From Lama glama (lineage: Eukaryota), in NCBI GenBank assembly GCA_028534125.1, contig CM052816.1:22508001-22572000 (forward strand): a stretch of 64,000 nt of DNA. Direction: 5' to 3'. Position 1 is the first letter of the stretch. The number at the start of each line of letters is the position of its first letter. The translations under genes and the position numbers were made by a program. The notes below the pieces were generated by a model, which saw only the letters and a program-made list of their open reading frames with translations, was not told where the DNA came from and ran no database searches. Of this stretch, positions 51,610-64,000 are shown in pieces.

Positions 51610-53280
51610 GTATGTATGTGTATACACACCATATTTTCTTTATCCACTCATCTACTGATAGACATTTAGGTTATTCCATATGCTGGCTATTGTGAATAAT
51701 ACTATGATGAACACGGAAGTAAGTGCAAATCTCTCTTCTCAACAGTGGTTTTATTCCCTTTGGATAAAATCCCAGAAGTGGATTGGTAGTTCTATTTTTA
51801 ATTTTTTGAGGAACCTCCATACTGTTTTCCACAATAGATTACAAATCCCAACAGTGCACAAGGGGTCCCTCTTCTCCACATCCTCACCAATACTTCTCTT
51901 TTGACTTCTTGATAATAGCCATTCTAACAGGTATGAAGGGATATCTCATTGTGGTTTGGATTTGCATTTCCCCAATGATTAGTGACACAGAGCATCTTTT
52001 TATGTGTCTGTTGGCCATTTGGATGTCTTCTTTGGAAAAAATGCCTACTCAGCTCCTCTGCCCATTTCTTAACTGGACTTTTTTTTGATACTGAGTTATA
52101 TAAGTTGTTTACATATATTGGATATTAACCCCTTGCCAGATAAAGAATTTGTAAATATTTTCTTCCACTCAGTAAGTTGTCTTCTCATTTTGTCCATGGT
52201 TTCCTTTGCTGTGCAGGTTTTTTTTAAACTTTTTTTTAATTGAGTTATAGTCATTTTACAAAGTTGTGTCAAATTTCAGTGAAGAGCACAATTTTTCAGT
52301 TATACATGAACATACATATATTTATTGTCACATTTTTTTTGCTATGAGCTACCACAAGAGCTTGTATATATTTCCTTGTGCTATACAGTATATAATCTTG
52401 TTTATCTATTCTATATATGCCTGTCAGTATCTACAAATTTTGAACTCCCAGTCTATCCCTTCCCACCCTCCTCCCCCTTGGCAACCACAAGTTTGTATTC
52501 TATGTCTATGAGTCTGTTTCTCAAAACTACAATGAGGTATCACCTCACACCAGTCAGAATGGCCATCACTCAGAAGTCCACAAATGACAAATGATGAAGA
52601 GGCTGTGGAGAAAAGGGACCCCTCCTATACTGCTGGTGGGAATGCAGTTTGGTGAAGCTACTGTCAAAAACAGTATGGAGAGTCCTCAAAAGACGAGTAA
52701 TAGACTTACCATATGACCCAGGAATCCCACTCCTGGGCTTGTATCCAGAAGGAACCCTTCTTCAAAAAGACACCTGCACCCCAATGTTCATAGCAGCACT
52801 ATTTACAATAGCCAAAACATGGGAACAGCCTAAATGTCCATCAATAGGTGACTGGATAAAGAAGAAGTGGTATATTTATACAATGGAATACTACTCAGCC
52901 ATAAAAATGACAACATAATGCCATTTACAGCAACATGGATGTTCCTGGAGAATGTCATTCTAAGTGAAGTAAGCCAGAAAGAGAAAGAAAAATACCATAT
53001 GAGATCACTCATATGTGGAATCTAAAGACAAAAAAAAAGAACATAAATAAATAAATGCAGAAGCTTTTCAATTTGATGTAATTTAATTTGTTTAGTTTTA
53101 CTTTTGTTGCCTGTGCTTTTGGGATCAATTCCAAAAAAATCACTGCCAAGACCAATGTCTTATTTTTCCCTATGTTTCCTAATATTTATTTTACGGTTTC
53201 AGGTCTTATGTTTGAGTAATTAACCCATTTTGAGTTAATTTTTGTATATAGTGTAAGGTAAGGGTTCAATTTTCTTCTGT
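51610..53280 (-). mobile_element. L1 (L1MA-like) ORF2 3' region, interrupted at 52217-53055
   Basis: ttttgaggaacctccatactgttttcc, atctcattgtggttt. Host text gtttcctttgctgtgcag rejoins aagctttt across the insertion. Confidence 0.88.
52217..53055 (-). mobile_element. Young L1 insertion with 5' inversion (twin priming)
   Basis: 52218-52520 is the L1 3' end on the minus strand with poly(T). 52521-53050 is the upstream L1 segment on the plus strand ([14 protein letters not shown]...). Flanking TGCAG at 52212-52216 and 53056-53060. Confidence 0.9.
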
Positions 53281-53339
53281 GCCAATGAAGGGGTTTTATC
53301 TGTAAGAAGCTTGCTGGCACAGTTCAGGAATGTCAGGGG

Positions 53340-53659
53340 CAAGGTGTTGGTGATTCATTTAACCTTTCTTCATAGTGGAATCATGGCCGTGCAGCTCCAG
53401 CCACTGCATCCTTATTTCAGACAGTGAGAAGGAGGAAAAGGACAAAGAAAGGAGGGGCAGTATCTTTACTGAAAAAACACTTCGTCTGAAACCCCTCATT
53501 GGCCAAGATCATGTCAAATGGCTATGCAAGCTGCAAAGGACACTGGTAAATTTAGTTGATTTTGGATTTTTAGCTGGGCATATTGCTGCTCAATAAAACT
53601 GGATTCTATTAGAAAGAAAAGGATATTGGATACTGAGTAGGCTTATAACAGTCACTACA
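53340..53659 (-). mobile_element. Old MaLR LTR (MLT1K-like)
   Basis: gcagctccagcca...ctcattggccaagatcatgtca...agctgcaaagg...tagctgggcatattgc. Confidence 0.6.
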
Positions 53660-56600
53660 AACTAACAAAAGAATAATAATGATCTACACAAATTAACACA
53701 ATATATTGCTGTCACAGACATATAAGCATAATATCACTGTATGTAAAATGAAAAAAAATCAAAGTATATTTTTGTTTTTATGTGGATCTGTGTACATACT
53801 CATGAAAATGTATACTCAAAGGCATTGTGGGAAAAAATAACCAGCGAAAAACACAAAAGAATATCCTATAAAATATGAAAGTTGGTTACAGCAGAGTAAG
53901 GAGAGCATGGGTAGTTTTCAAATATTTCTTTAATTTTGCTTTCCTGCATTTTTTCCATTTTTCTACACTAAGCATGTTGGTTTTGATAATTAAGAAAAAA
54001 GTAGCAAACGGATATGTACAAAGGATGACATTAGCTTAGAGAAGTTTTATGTATCTTGGAGACGTGGGCAGCTGGAATAATTTGAGACTGACGATTTCTC
54101 TCAGGATTTTTCCATTAGTCTGCTTGCTTTGTTTCACTTATTTGTTTGTTTGTTTTGTTGATTTTTTACATCAAAACTATTTCATATTGAAAGAATTTAT
54201 AAATAGAGAATTTTAAAGATACCTGTTTACTTCCTGTTTTCTTTAATGAATTCACATTGATTGCCAGTCGGCCAGCTTGATTATCATCTCCCCAGGCACA
54301 GGAAGACAGCATTCTTCTCTGCAGAAAGTCAATATGTTAGCTAAAGCTAATACTTTTTACAACTGTTTTAAATTAATATTTAAAGTCACAGATACCAGCC
54401 TGAACTTTTATCATGTGGCTGTTTTTTCTCTCTCTCTTTCCCTCTACCCCACCCCCTTTTTTCAGCCTACAGTTTAATTACCCAAGAAGCAGAGGCACGA
54501 TCCCAGACAGAAAATGAAATCTAATAAATCCATTTCCTCCCAAGGCTCAGCTGCTAGGATGTATCATTTCCCCCAAACCCCTTCATTTCCAGCGCTCCTT
54601 GTTTGATCTTGAGCTGACTGATACCTTATTCTTCAGCCAATTAGAGACAAGAAAGTGTATGAACCGAGGTTGTGGGGAGCGCATCAAACATCTGATGCCC
54701 TAGAGCCGCCGTCTAATTCTAACCACCTCCTTGAGGTGATTTACCTCAAAACAGTGAATCTGGCAGGAATTTGATTTCCTTTTCTGTGATCATGCCAATT
54801 CATATTTATTTCAGCAGACTGCTATGAAAAAAAGTGAACTAGTTTAACTTCAAAGAATTTTGTAATAACAAAGGACATGAGCCTAAAATAAAACTCTTCT
54901 AATAGTATTTGTCTATAAGATACAAGAACCAATTCTGCTTCTAGAATATGCAAGAATTCTAGATAATATTTTTAATTTTCTTAAGTTATGTCACATTTTA
55001 AGCATTTTCTATCTTTTGGGTCATCAACTTTTATTAATCGAAAGGATCATCAGTTAGAAATATGCATTAGTGATTCAGGAAAACTACTTTCATTTCCAAT
55101 GAGAAGGAGGCTCTTTCCTTCTGCTGGCTAGGATCTTGCCTGCAATTTTGACTTTCGAAACTCCACTTTAAGCAACACATTTCAAGATCAAGAATATTGG
55201 GAAGGGGTAAGAGTAGAATTAGTAAAAATTCAGTCCTCTTATTTTTCTGATATCCATTATTTAAAGGGAAAAAATGAGGTTTTTTTTTTTTTAGCATTTC
55301 TCTGGATAAGGAATTTCCATGACCATAAGCTTAAAGCAAAGCACACATGTCTGCCATGCCTGACATTTCAAGGAGGCCAAAGACAATTAAAAAAAGATTT
55401 ACATATGGTTCTAGATATGTTATTAAAATCCCTCTTTTTGAAATTGTGAAATGACCTTGAAACATAGCACATTATGTAAGGGCTTTCTGAAAATATAAGT
55501 AATGAAAGCTTTAATTAGTTTGTCTTTAAGAATGTCTATATCATCAAAGTGAAATTATGTGATCAAGATGTAGTTACCTCTTCTGAAAGAAAACAAAATT
55601 CCGTTTTGCAGAAGCAAGAAGCTCCACCCTCAGCGAGGGCATAACTCTGCTCAGGACTTCTTCCTTATCGCCAGAAAATGCAATTATGTGATACTTTTCT
55701 ATACCTCTAAGGCTCTTTATTCTTAAACCACATACAGAGGTCTTCGTGTCTAGGGTAACACAGCTCTCGGGCTGACCCGCTCTACCAAGAAGAAAAATAA
55801 AATAAGCAGATTTGGCACTTTAATCTTTAGTTGAGCACTCTTATCTTGTGTTCTTTCCTCCAATAGTGTAGCTCAGTGTCTACTTTCTCCTGTCTCCAAC
55901 AAAAGACAGTCTTAAAAACTGGGTAATACATCAAGGTATCATTGAAATTTCATGATGAAGTTAATTCCATGGTTAACTTCTTTCAGTTACATACGCATTT
56001 TAATTATTAGCTTTCAACTTTTTCCCAAGATAGGTATGAATTTCAAGTATTAATTTTAGTCAACAGTAACCCATCTACAAACAACACTTCATGAATCAAG
56101 AAGCAAGAAGAATGTCAGAGAAAAAAGAGACTTAAATTTTATGTGCTATACATGATTAATATACCATTTATCCCCAAATTATACATATTTATGATTCACT
56201 TTTCTCTTCCATAAAACAGTGTAGTAATTTAAGCCTGTTTCACAGAATTTTGTAATAAAATTCAGGAAACAGAGACACTTTGATCAGGTTTCTTATCTCT
56301 GCCATGTTGGTTTCCTTCCTGTTGTTACATTTCCCCTATTTAGCTAAGGATCTGATCTCCACTCTTAAATTATCTTTAGTAATTGAACTGTCAAATCAAA
56401 CTTTTGCATCCCAATTGCAGATAGCACTCCTAAGTGAAGAAAAACAAGAGAAATAAACAAGATTCATTAACAACACATCCATATTATTCCAGCATCCTTC
56501 ACGGTTCTCTTAAATATAACTCATTAACTCAGTGCCAAGACAGCATCTTTTTATTCTTCTCTGCTTTATACAGATACTCTGTCAAATGTCTAAATTCTTG

Positions 56601-57004
56601 CTTTTGTCTTATTAAAAAAGAAAAGTGAAAGGAAACTATTGTGTAGAAAAATTAACATGTTGATAAAAGCAAATATTAACATCAAACTGAGAGAAAAGAT
56701 TATTCATGAAGACACACAGTGAATTATACAGTTCTGTCAAATTTCTAGTTATTTCATCATGGCTTATTAATTACAGATTAAAAATAAAAGTCTTAGTTTC
56801 TATGGATAATGCTGAGGTGAGAATGTATGGTTTTATTTCTGACTCTTGACTTCAGTAGTGTAGAAATGAAGTGGTTATTTTATCTAGAATTTATAAAAAC
56901 TTAATTGTTGAGTGAGTTAGGGGAACTTTTGAAACAGAGGTAAGAACAGTAAAGAGAAAGAACATTCTATCATTGTGTGTGGTGGGTAATTTAAATGTAA
57001 TGAT

Positions 57005-57200
57005 GAGTAGAGGCAGTCTAATGCAACAATTAGTGGCACAGGCTCAAACATCAGTTTGCACTGAATTCTAATTCCCTCACCTCCCAGTTGTATTACAGTG
57101 AGCAAATTAGTTAAAATCTACAGGCTCAAGTTTTTTAATCTGTAAAATGGACACACTAATAGGCACTAACTCACACAGCAATATGTCAGGAGGCATTTAG
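57005..57200 (+). mobile_element. MIR SINE
   Basis: gagcaaattagttaa...ctcaagttttttaatctgtaaaatgg. Confidence 0.7.
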
Positions 57201-57349
57201 CCTTGGTTTATAATTTCCTTAACTATTTCCCAGAAAAAGAATCACTGAATATAGAAATAATCATTTAAATACAACAAGTTTAACAGGGCAAATGGTTTGC
57301 TTTTGTAACAATGAATCGGTTTCTAATATCTTTATTATCTCAAGCCTCT

Positions 57350-58500
57350 CAAAATGTTTCTCCCTCAGCAACCTGATGATCTCTTCTCAAATTTCACAGA
57401 CAAAACAAAAGCCACCAGAATTTCATCTTCCCATCACCAAATTTAAGAACCTTCCTGCGTTAACACCCATATTCTCATCTTCTATCATATTTCAACAAAA
57501 TATATGAGCATGCTTCTGTCTACTGACACTCCCTCCACCTTTGCTCTGGATCAAATCCCCTCTCTCCTTTTTAAGCCTATACAACGTCAATCATCTATCA
57601 CTCTCCTGCATGATTAATCTCTTCCCTTCTATGTATCATTTCCAGGAGAATACAACCACGCTCTAGTATCTTTCATATTAAAACCAAATAAACAAAAAAT
57701 TCGATGCTACATCTTACCGTCTATCCGTCAACTGCCATTCACAGCTAAACCTCTCAAAAATGCTGTCTATTTTTCCTTTGCTTCCTCACTTTCATCTGCC
57801 TTATTAATTCAAGCCACCACAATCTGGCCTCTTACCCACCCACCAATGCATTGAAACTGCTCTTGTCATGGTCACTAGTGAATTCCATGTTTTTGCCAAG
57901 TCCAAAGGGCACTCTCTTTTTTCATTCTACTCCACCTTTCAGACTCATTTAATACAGCTGACCCTTCTCTCCTTGAAGTCATACTGCCTCTTCCCTTTAC
58001 AGACACTGTGTTCTCCTTGTTTTCCTTCTACTGCTTCGCCTCTTTGCTCTTTCTCTAATACCTGATCTATAAACATTAGACTGCCTCAGAGCTTGGCTTC
58101 TACTCTTCACTATCTATATAACTTCCAAGATCAATTTACCCTTCCTCAAGGTTCTAATTAGCATATTTAGGCTAATCCATTCTAAACTCATATTAAACCA
58201 AGAACTCTTCCCCAAACTCCAGACTCATATCCAAGAGCATATTTGAAACCCCTACTTGGATGGCTCAGAAATTCCTCAATGTTAACTTGTCTAAGAAGGA
58301 ATGTCTAATGCAGCCTCCGTGGCAACCTGGCCTTCCTGTCTTCAACATCAAATGACTGGCACCACCATCATCCTTGTAGCTCAAGCCAAGAAAATGTAAT
58401 CATCATCCTTGATTCCTCCCTTTTCCTTGGCTCCTATAGCCTATGCATCAGCTAGTTTTGTTGATTCTATATCTGAAACATCTCTATAATTCGTATCAAT
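57350..58500 (+). mobile_element. L2 LINE fragment
   Basis: CT-rich. caatctggcctc...ccaccac...ttgaaactgctcttgtcatggtcactagtga...ccaaactccagactcatatcc...tcatccttgattcctccct. Confidence 0.8.
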
Positions 58501-59220
58501 GAAAATTATTAGGAGAGAGCTTTTATCACATAAATTCAACCTTTTTAAAGCTGTTTTGGTTTTCCAGTTAAATATGATAGATAAAAGACTTCCAAAAATT
58601 GTATTCCCAAACCCATGAAGCCCACCAAAACAACCAAAAGAATGCAAAAAGAAAAATCTTTATTTTCAGTTAAATTATAAAACATGAGGTAAGTTTGCCA
58701 TACTGGGAAATCCAGGCTAAAACAAGGGAGTGCATTAAGAACAGTTACATGTTGGTTAAAGTTGTGAATGAGAAACACTTATCTAAAAGGCATATGATTC
58801 TACCCTAACAAGATCTGGAAGGATAAGAGGGCTCACAAAAGTAACAGGGAGTGTAAATGTGACAGGGACACACAGAAAGTGGAACAGAATGGATGACCAG
58901 GCTGATGTGTCATTCTTCGGGTCTACAACCTAGACTGTTCACGGATGGATAAAACGCGGTTAAGGTAAGAGGAGAGACAGTTACTACACACAACCAGATC
59001 TCAGCAGCAGAGATGTGACATAAAGGACTCCATGTGTCATAAAGACTGCTAGGACACTGAAAGGTGTGGTCACAGTGTCCCAGGGTAGAGGAAATTACAG
59101 GTTTTCTTGGGGAATTTTAAAGATGAAAAACCCAAACCTACATTGTTCTAACTCACATTACTTCCACCTCTACGCAGTTCTCCAACTATATTCCTCAAAT
59201 ATTTGATCCATTAAAAGCAG

Positions 59221-59280
59221 AAGAAGAAGAAGAAGAAGAAGAAGAACAACAACAACAACAACAAATATATATATATATAT
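59221..59280. repeat. Compound microsatellite (AAG)n(AAC)n(AT)n
   Basis: Directly visible. Confidence 0.97.
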
Positions 59281-59347
59281 AAACAAACACTCCAATAAAG
59301 TAGACAGGGAAAATAAAAGCAGGCAAGTGAAGGAAATACATTATAAG

Positions 59348-59406
59348 AACAATGACACAACACTGTAAAATGATTATGAATCAATAAAAATGTAAAAAAA
59401 AAAAAA
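59348..59406 (+). mobile_element. Very short young L1 3' tail
   Basis: tgacacaacactgtaaaatgattatgaatcaataaaaatgtaaaaaaa resembles 11237-11287 of this window. Confidence 0.7.
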
Positions 59407-59459
59407 GGATATAGTTTCAATCAGGATACCAGGAAAAAAAAAAAAAAAAAAAGAACAAA

Positions 59460-60480
59460 TGCCAACCAGATTAGGGATTCAGACAAATAGTTCTCCATGG
59501 TCTCAAATAAATTTCAGACAACATTACCTGTCCATAAAAGAAAAGCTCATACAAGAGATAAATGAGTTTCTAAGACAGCAAAAGATAAAAGGTGAGCTGG
59601 CTGAGTGCAGGAATAAAAAGAAAAAGAAATGAAGAGAAAAAAGATACATTAAAAACAACTAAAAACAAGGTGACTTAAATCACATCCAGGTACATGTTGA
59701 AAGCCTAGATGAAATTATGAAGAAGGAATAATGGAAAATAATATATAGGGATGATTATGGAGAAGGTGGTAGACAGAAGGCCACACAAAAATCCATCACA
59801 TGTATAATCAGTGCTCGTGAAGCAGAATTTATAATGAATGGAACTAAAATCATTCAAAGACCAAAAAAATCATTTTAAATTTCAAATCATACAAAAATTC
59901 TAATTTGCATACCTAAACACTATTTCCCAGGAAAATTTATTTAAAAAATGATAGACACTAAATTGTATCTTGATTGTGAACTTAGCTGAGGAAAGAATTA
60001 ACTGGCAGGAAGAATTATCTGTAGTACATGGTCATCTGAATAGAAAATACTTCTCATGCCAGGAGTCAGGGAAGACACATCTACATTATAAGAAAATAAA
60101 GTGTCATACAATCATTTAAAACAGTGATATTATCCTTCAGCCACTGACATGTTACCAAACATGTAAAAACTTAGCACACAAAATCCTCAGGAGAATAAAC
60201 AAGTATGCGAAAATAAAATCCATCCAAATATATACTGAATCAAAATACAAGAATAAGGAATGCATGAAAGCAAGACTGACATCAGATTTCTCACTGACAA
60301 TGACAAACTCAAGACAAAAATGGAAATAGCTCAGAAGTTCTGAGAAGCAGTAATTCTGAATCTAGACACTTTTGCATAAATAAACTATCATTTGTAAAGG
60401 CAAACTCTCAACAATTTAAAACAAGTAAGGGCTCAGTTTACTACTTATAGACTTCCTCTAAAAGAGTCACCTTACAATGT
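59460..60480 (+). mobile_element. HAL1/L1 ORF1-like remnants
   Basis: tttcccaggaaaattt, agactgacatcagatttctca, aaactatcattt. Confidence 0.45.
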
Positions 60481-62039
60481 ATTTCAGCAAAAAGAAAAGA
60501 GAATTCATAAGGAAAAACTGTGATGGTAAAAAAAAACATTGAACAAATAAAGCAGTAAAGCATATAAATTCTCTTATTTATTTTCAGGGAAATACAGTTG
60601 ACACAGATTAATTCTAGACGGTATCCGTAAAACACAAGTAGAAATACATGTATCAGTCAGCTTTTACTAGGTACTATTATGTTAGAAGCAACCTCAGACA
60701 TCTCAGTCGTTTACGAAAACAAGTTTTCTTCTTACTCAGTTGCACGTGGTGTACAGACTGCTTTAAGATGAACTTTCACTGAAAGAGCTCCATGATATAA
60801 TATCAAATGGACAAAACCCAAAACACGGAGAAATATGTATATTGTGATAAAAAGTATGTATAACAGTGCTGTACCTCAAAATAAAGGCTGTTGACTAGCA
60901 TCCACGAAAGGGTAACTACAGAAAACTGAGTGGTAGATGGGAGGAGTTTATTAACAATCTCTCAGGGCTGCAAGCCTGAAATGCAAAAAGTCCACATTAA
61001 GCAACCCTGTAGAACCCCACCCCCCTCTACCCCTCCCCCACCCCATCCCTTTTACAAAGTCTGGGTCATTAAGAGGAAAAGCTGGTTCTGTTGGGGGGAG
61101 GGGTATGCAGAGGTTGTGCAGAGTCACTGACTGAAGAGGCGCAAGACTTCAGCCTGGTGTGTGGCAACCTTATCTGGGGGTTGGAGAAATGAAGGCTGCC
61201 ACTTGGTGTTGGTTTGCAAACTCAGTTGCTGGGGTGAGATGTGAAACTGGCCCCTTCACGTGGAGAGTAAGGGGAGCTCAAAGAGAGGGGCAGAGGGCTC
61301 CAGACTGGTAGGTAACAGTTCTAACACGCAGGGCAATTTACATACAAGGCTAGTCTTCCGGTAGCAAAATGAGCAGATCTCTGCACCCGCCCACCAGATC
61401 CCTACAAGCTTATAACTGGACTCAGTCCAGGTGGTCTCAATACCACATTGCTCTTTCAAGGCTAAATCCTTGAAATGGCTCCCACTGTGAGAATGGTGGG
61501 CAGAACATACATTTGCTCGCCTGCACAAGGGCAAGGGAGGAGCTGCCAATCACCCGGATCCAGACCGCAGGTCAGTCAGTGGTCACATGCTCTCGATAAC
61601 CTCCTCCAACACTTGGGTTGGGGGGCTCCTCAGAGCTGGCGGGAACTCTGATGGGGACAGCTACGTGACTGATGATATGGGTTGCAAACTAGGAAGCTTG
61701 GTCCTGGGCCTTCTAGTGACATCCCCATGGCTGAGGCCGAGAACATGGCTTCCCCACAGCCTCAGCTGTGGAGGGCACTGCACAACTCCAGAGGCCAGGC
61801 ATCATGGCCAACAGAAACAGAAGAACATGCCCCTTACCTTTTTTTTTTTTTTCCAACTGAGTAAACTCAGAAACTTATTTCCATACAATGGAGGCATGAG
61901 TGGAGCCTTAAATTCTACTGATATTGGAGATATAGTAAACCCTGGCATACAGATGTTAACTCAAGATTTAATTTCATTTAGACAGTGTAAAATGCGACAT
62001 ATCTCAGACTGCCAAGGTCAGGGAAAGACTGGCTGACTT

Positions 62040-62200
62040 TCTATTTGATAGGCATGATGCTCAGCAAATTAAATTATTTAATCTTCAAGCCCTGTGAGAT
62101 AATCATTATCATTATCTCCATTTTATAGATGAGCAGACTGGTGCTTAGAGAGATTTGCCCCAAAATTTGCAGCTAGATTCTGGCAGAGCCAGCACAACTC
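62040..62200 (-). mobile_element. MIR SINE
   Basis: tttaatcttcaagccctgtgagata...attatctccattttatagatgag. Confidence 0.75.
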
Positions 62201-62724
62201 AACAATTGTCAGCTCTATTAGTAATTTATGTGGAATTGCTGTAGTTTAGTGTGGGGCGGATTAAAAAAAAAAAAGGACTTCAAGGTCAGAAAATGGCTTT
62301 TGGGGATTAAAATCTTACCGTTATTACTAATATCTAGTACACAGTAAATACCTAAAACATTCATTTCCATTCTCTTTTCTATTCCTCCATTCTCTGTTGG
62401 TGTACAAACCTAGGATGAGATGAGCAATAAAAAAAATTCACATATATTTGGAAGCCTCAGTCAAAATTCACATATATTTTGCCATAACGTAAACTGCAAA
62501 TGAGATACGGAAATGAGAGGGAAAGCTGTGTTAAATATTAGCTTCAGATCGCTCACTTAGGAAAATCTAAGTTTACCCTACCTTTATCAGTGAGCAATTC
62601 CCAGTAAGTTTGAATGCATTAACCTTCGAATAAGAGCACTTGTCAAAGTTTCTGGCTTATTGGAGGCATGTATCTAGTGTCTGCTGGTAATTTTCTCATG
62701 CTTCAGAAACAGTGAAAACCAATG

Positions 62725-62950
62725 GAAGAAACACAGGCTTTAGAATGAAATAAAACAGAGCCGCAATCCTAGTTTCTTCCCTTACTAGCTACTCAACTCT
62801 GTAAAAATTATTCAGTGGTGGGGGCTTCAGTTGCTTCATTGTATCTTCACAGAATTAAGTGACGATGAAGTCAGATACAACATGCAAAGCACCCCGCAGA
62901 ATACTCAGTGCAGTGTAAGGAGTCAATAGCTCAGTAAGTGATTATTTTAA
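62725..62950 (+). mobile_element. MIR SINE (degenerate)
   Basis: acaggctttagaat...aatcctagtttc...cttactagct...cttcagttgcttcattgta...atgcaaagcacc. Confidence 0.55.
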
Positions 62951-64000
62951 TTTTAGTTGGCTTTTCTCATCTGTCAGATCATCATCTTGATCTTCTGTGA
63001 AGTCAAAGGGAAAGAGTTGAGATACACTTTTAAAGGGATATTGGTGCTGCAAAGAAGATTTCTTGATTGATTAATACAACAGTTTTATTACGGAATCACC
63101 CACTGCATTAGGTAATTCGTGTTTTTATTTCTGTAAGGCACCCTCGCATGCTTCGGTTCAATAACCACTTCCTGGGCATTGACTGGCCCTGACTACTGGG
63201 TTCTAGGGGTTTAGAATGCTACAAGTCACCCCTGCTTTCAAGGGAAGAGCTCCTGAGTAGTAAGGAGCTCAGATTAGTCATAAATTCCACGAGGACACAC
63301 GGAATCTTCTGCACCTTTGTGATTCCTATGGCACCTAGCACAATGCATGCACTGAGCTTAGGAATGTTGCTGAATTTAACTAAATTTTGCCAGGGTCCCA
63401 TTTCCTCAAAGCTTAAGTTCAAATTTCTCCCACAGTATCACATAGTCCTTCAACTGCGACATGCAAAGATGTCTGGAATAATTCCAGAGATTTTTTTTTT
63501 AATTTTGCTCATTTAAGCTAATGCCAGTCTTCCAGATTTAAATGTTCCATCCATGTATCTACAAATCCTATCATTTATTAAATCCTTTCATATCCTGGAG
63601 AATCCATCTTTGCATAGACTAAATAATAATAATAATAAAAAAGAAAGCTTAAAAGCAGGAGGAGGTGGAGGAGGAAAGGAATTACAATAAGAAGATACAG
63701 AAAACAAATTCCTGGAAGAGTTATCAGTGAAGACATAATTATTATGCAGTAACAGCCGACAGCTAGCATTAGTCCAAGGAAGCTGTCTGTATTCTCTAAG
63801 AAGTTCAGACAATGTGGTATTCATTTATAAATTCTTGACAGCTCTTTAGATAAAGTGCATATAAAATTTTTGCAGCAATCCATTATCTGCCTGGCTGTAC
63901 TTTAATTTTAGAGTTAGAATATATTTGAAATAATTTTCCCAAGTCCTAAACATACTTCCTTTCAACTATATGACCTACATTTACAGGATCATTAAAAGGA

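Overview
Repeat-rich, AT-rich mammalian DNA (intronic or intergenic) with two assembly gaps (10814-10913, 47595-48094). A tRNA-headed SINE resembling the camelid vic-1 family, and no recognisable ruminant, primate or rodent SINEs, suggest a camelid genome (inference). Much of the window is decayed LINE-1 or HAL1, mostly on the + strand, with younger 5'-truncated L1 insertions nested inside and flanked by target-site duplications. The rest includes MaLR/ERVL LTRs, MER5A, MER3 and MER8-like DNA transposons, MIR, L2 and microsatellites. I can support no intact protein-coding gene or new biological system; the ORF-track hits are L1 remnants, gap artefacts or chance frames. The best leads are a cluster of minus-strand splice signals that could form two small exons (21930-22277), an unidentified polyadenylated retrocopy nested in an LTR (36032-36226), a clean twin-priming L1 inversion (52217-53055) and an enhancer-like motif cluster (about 26820-26975). 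Repeat family names were recognised by eye and boundaries are approximate unless a TSD is given.
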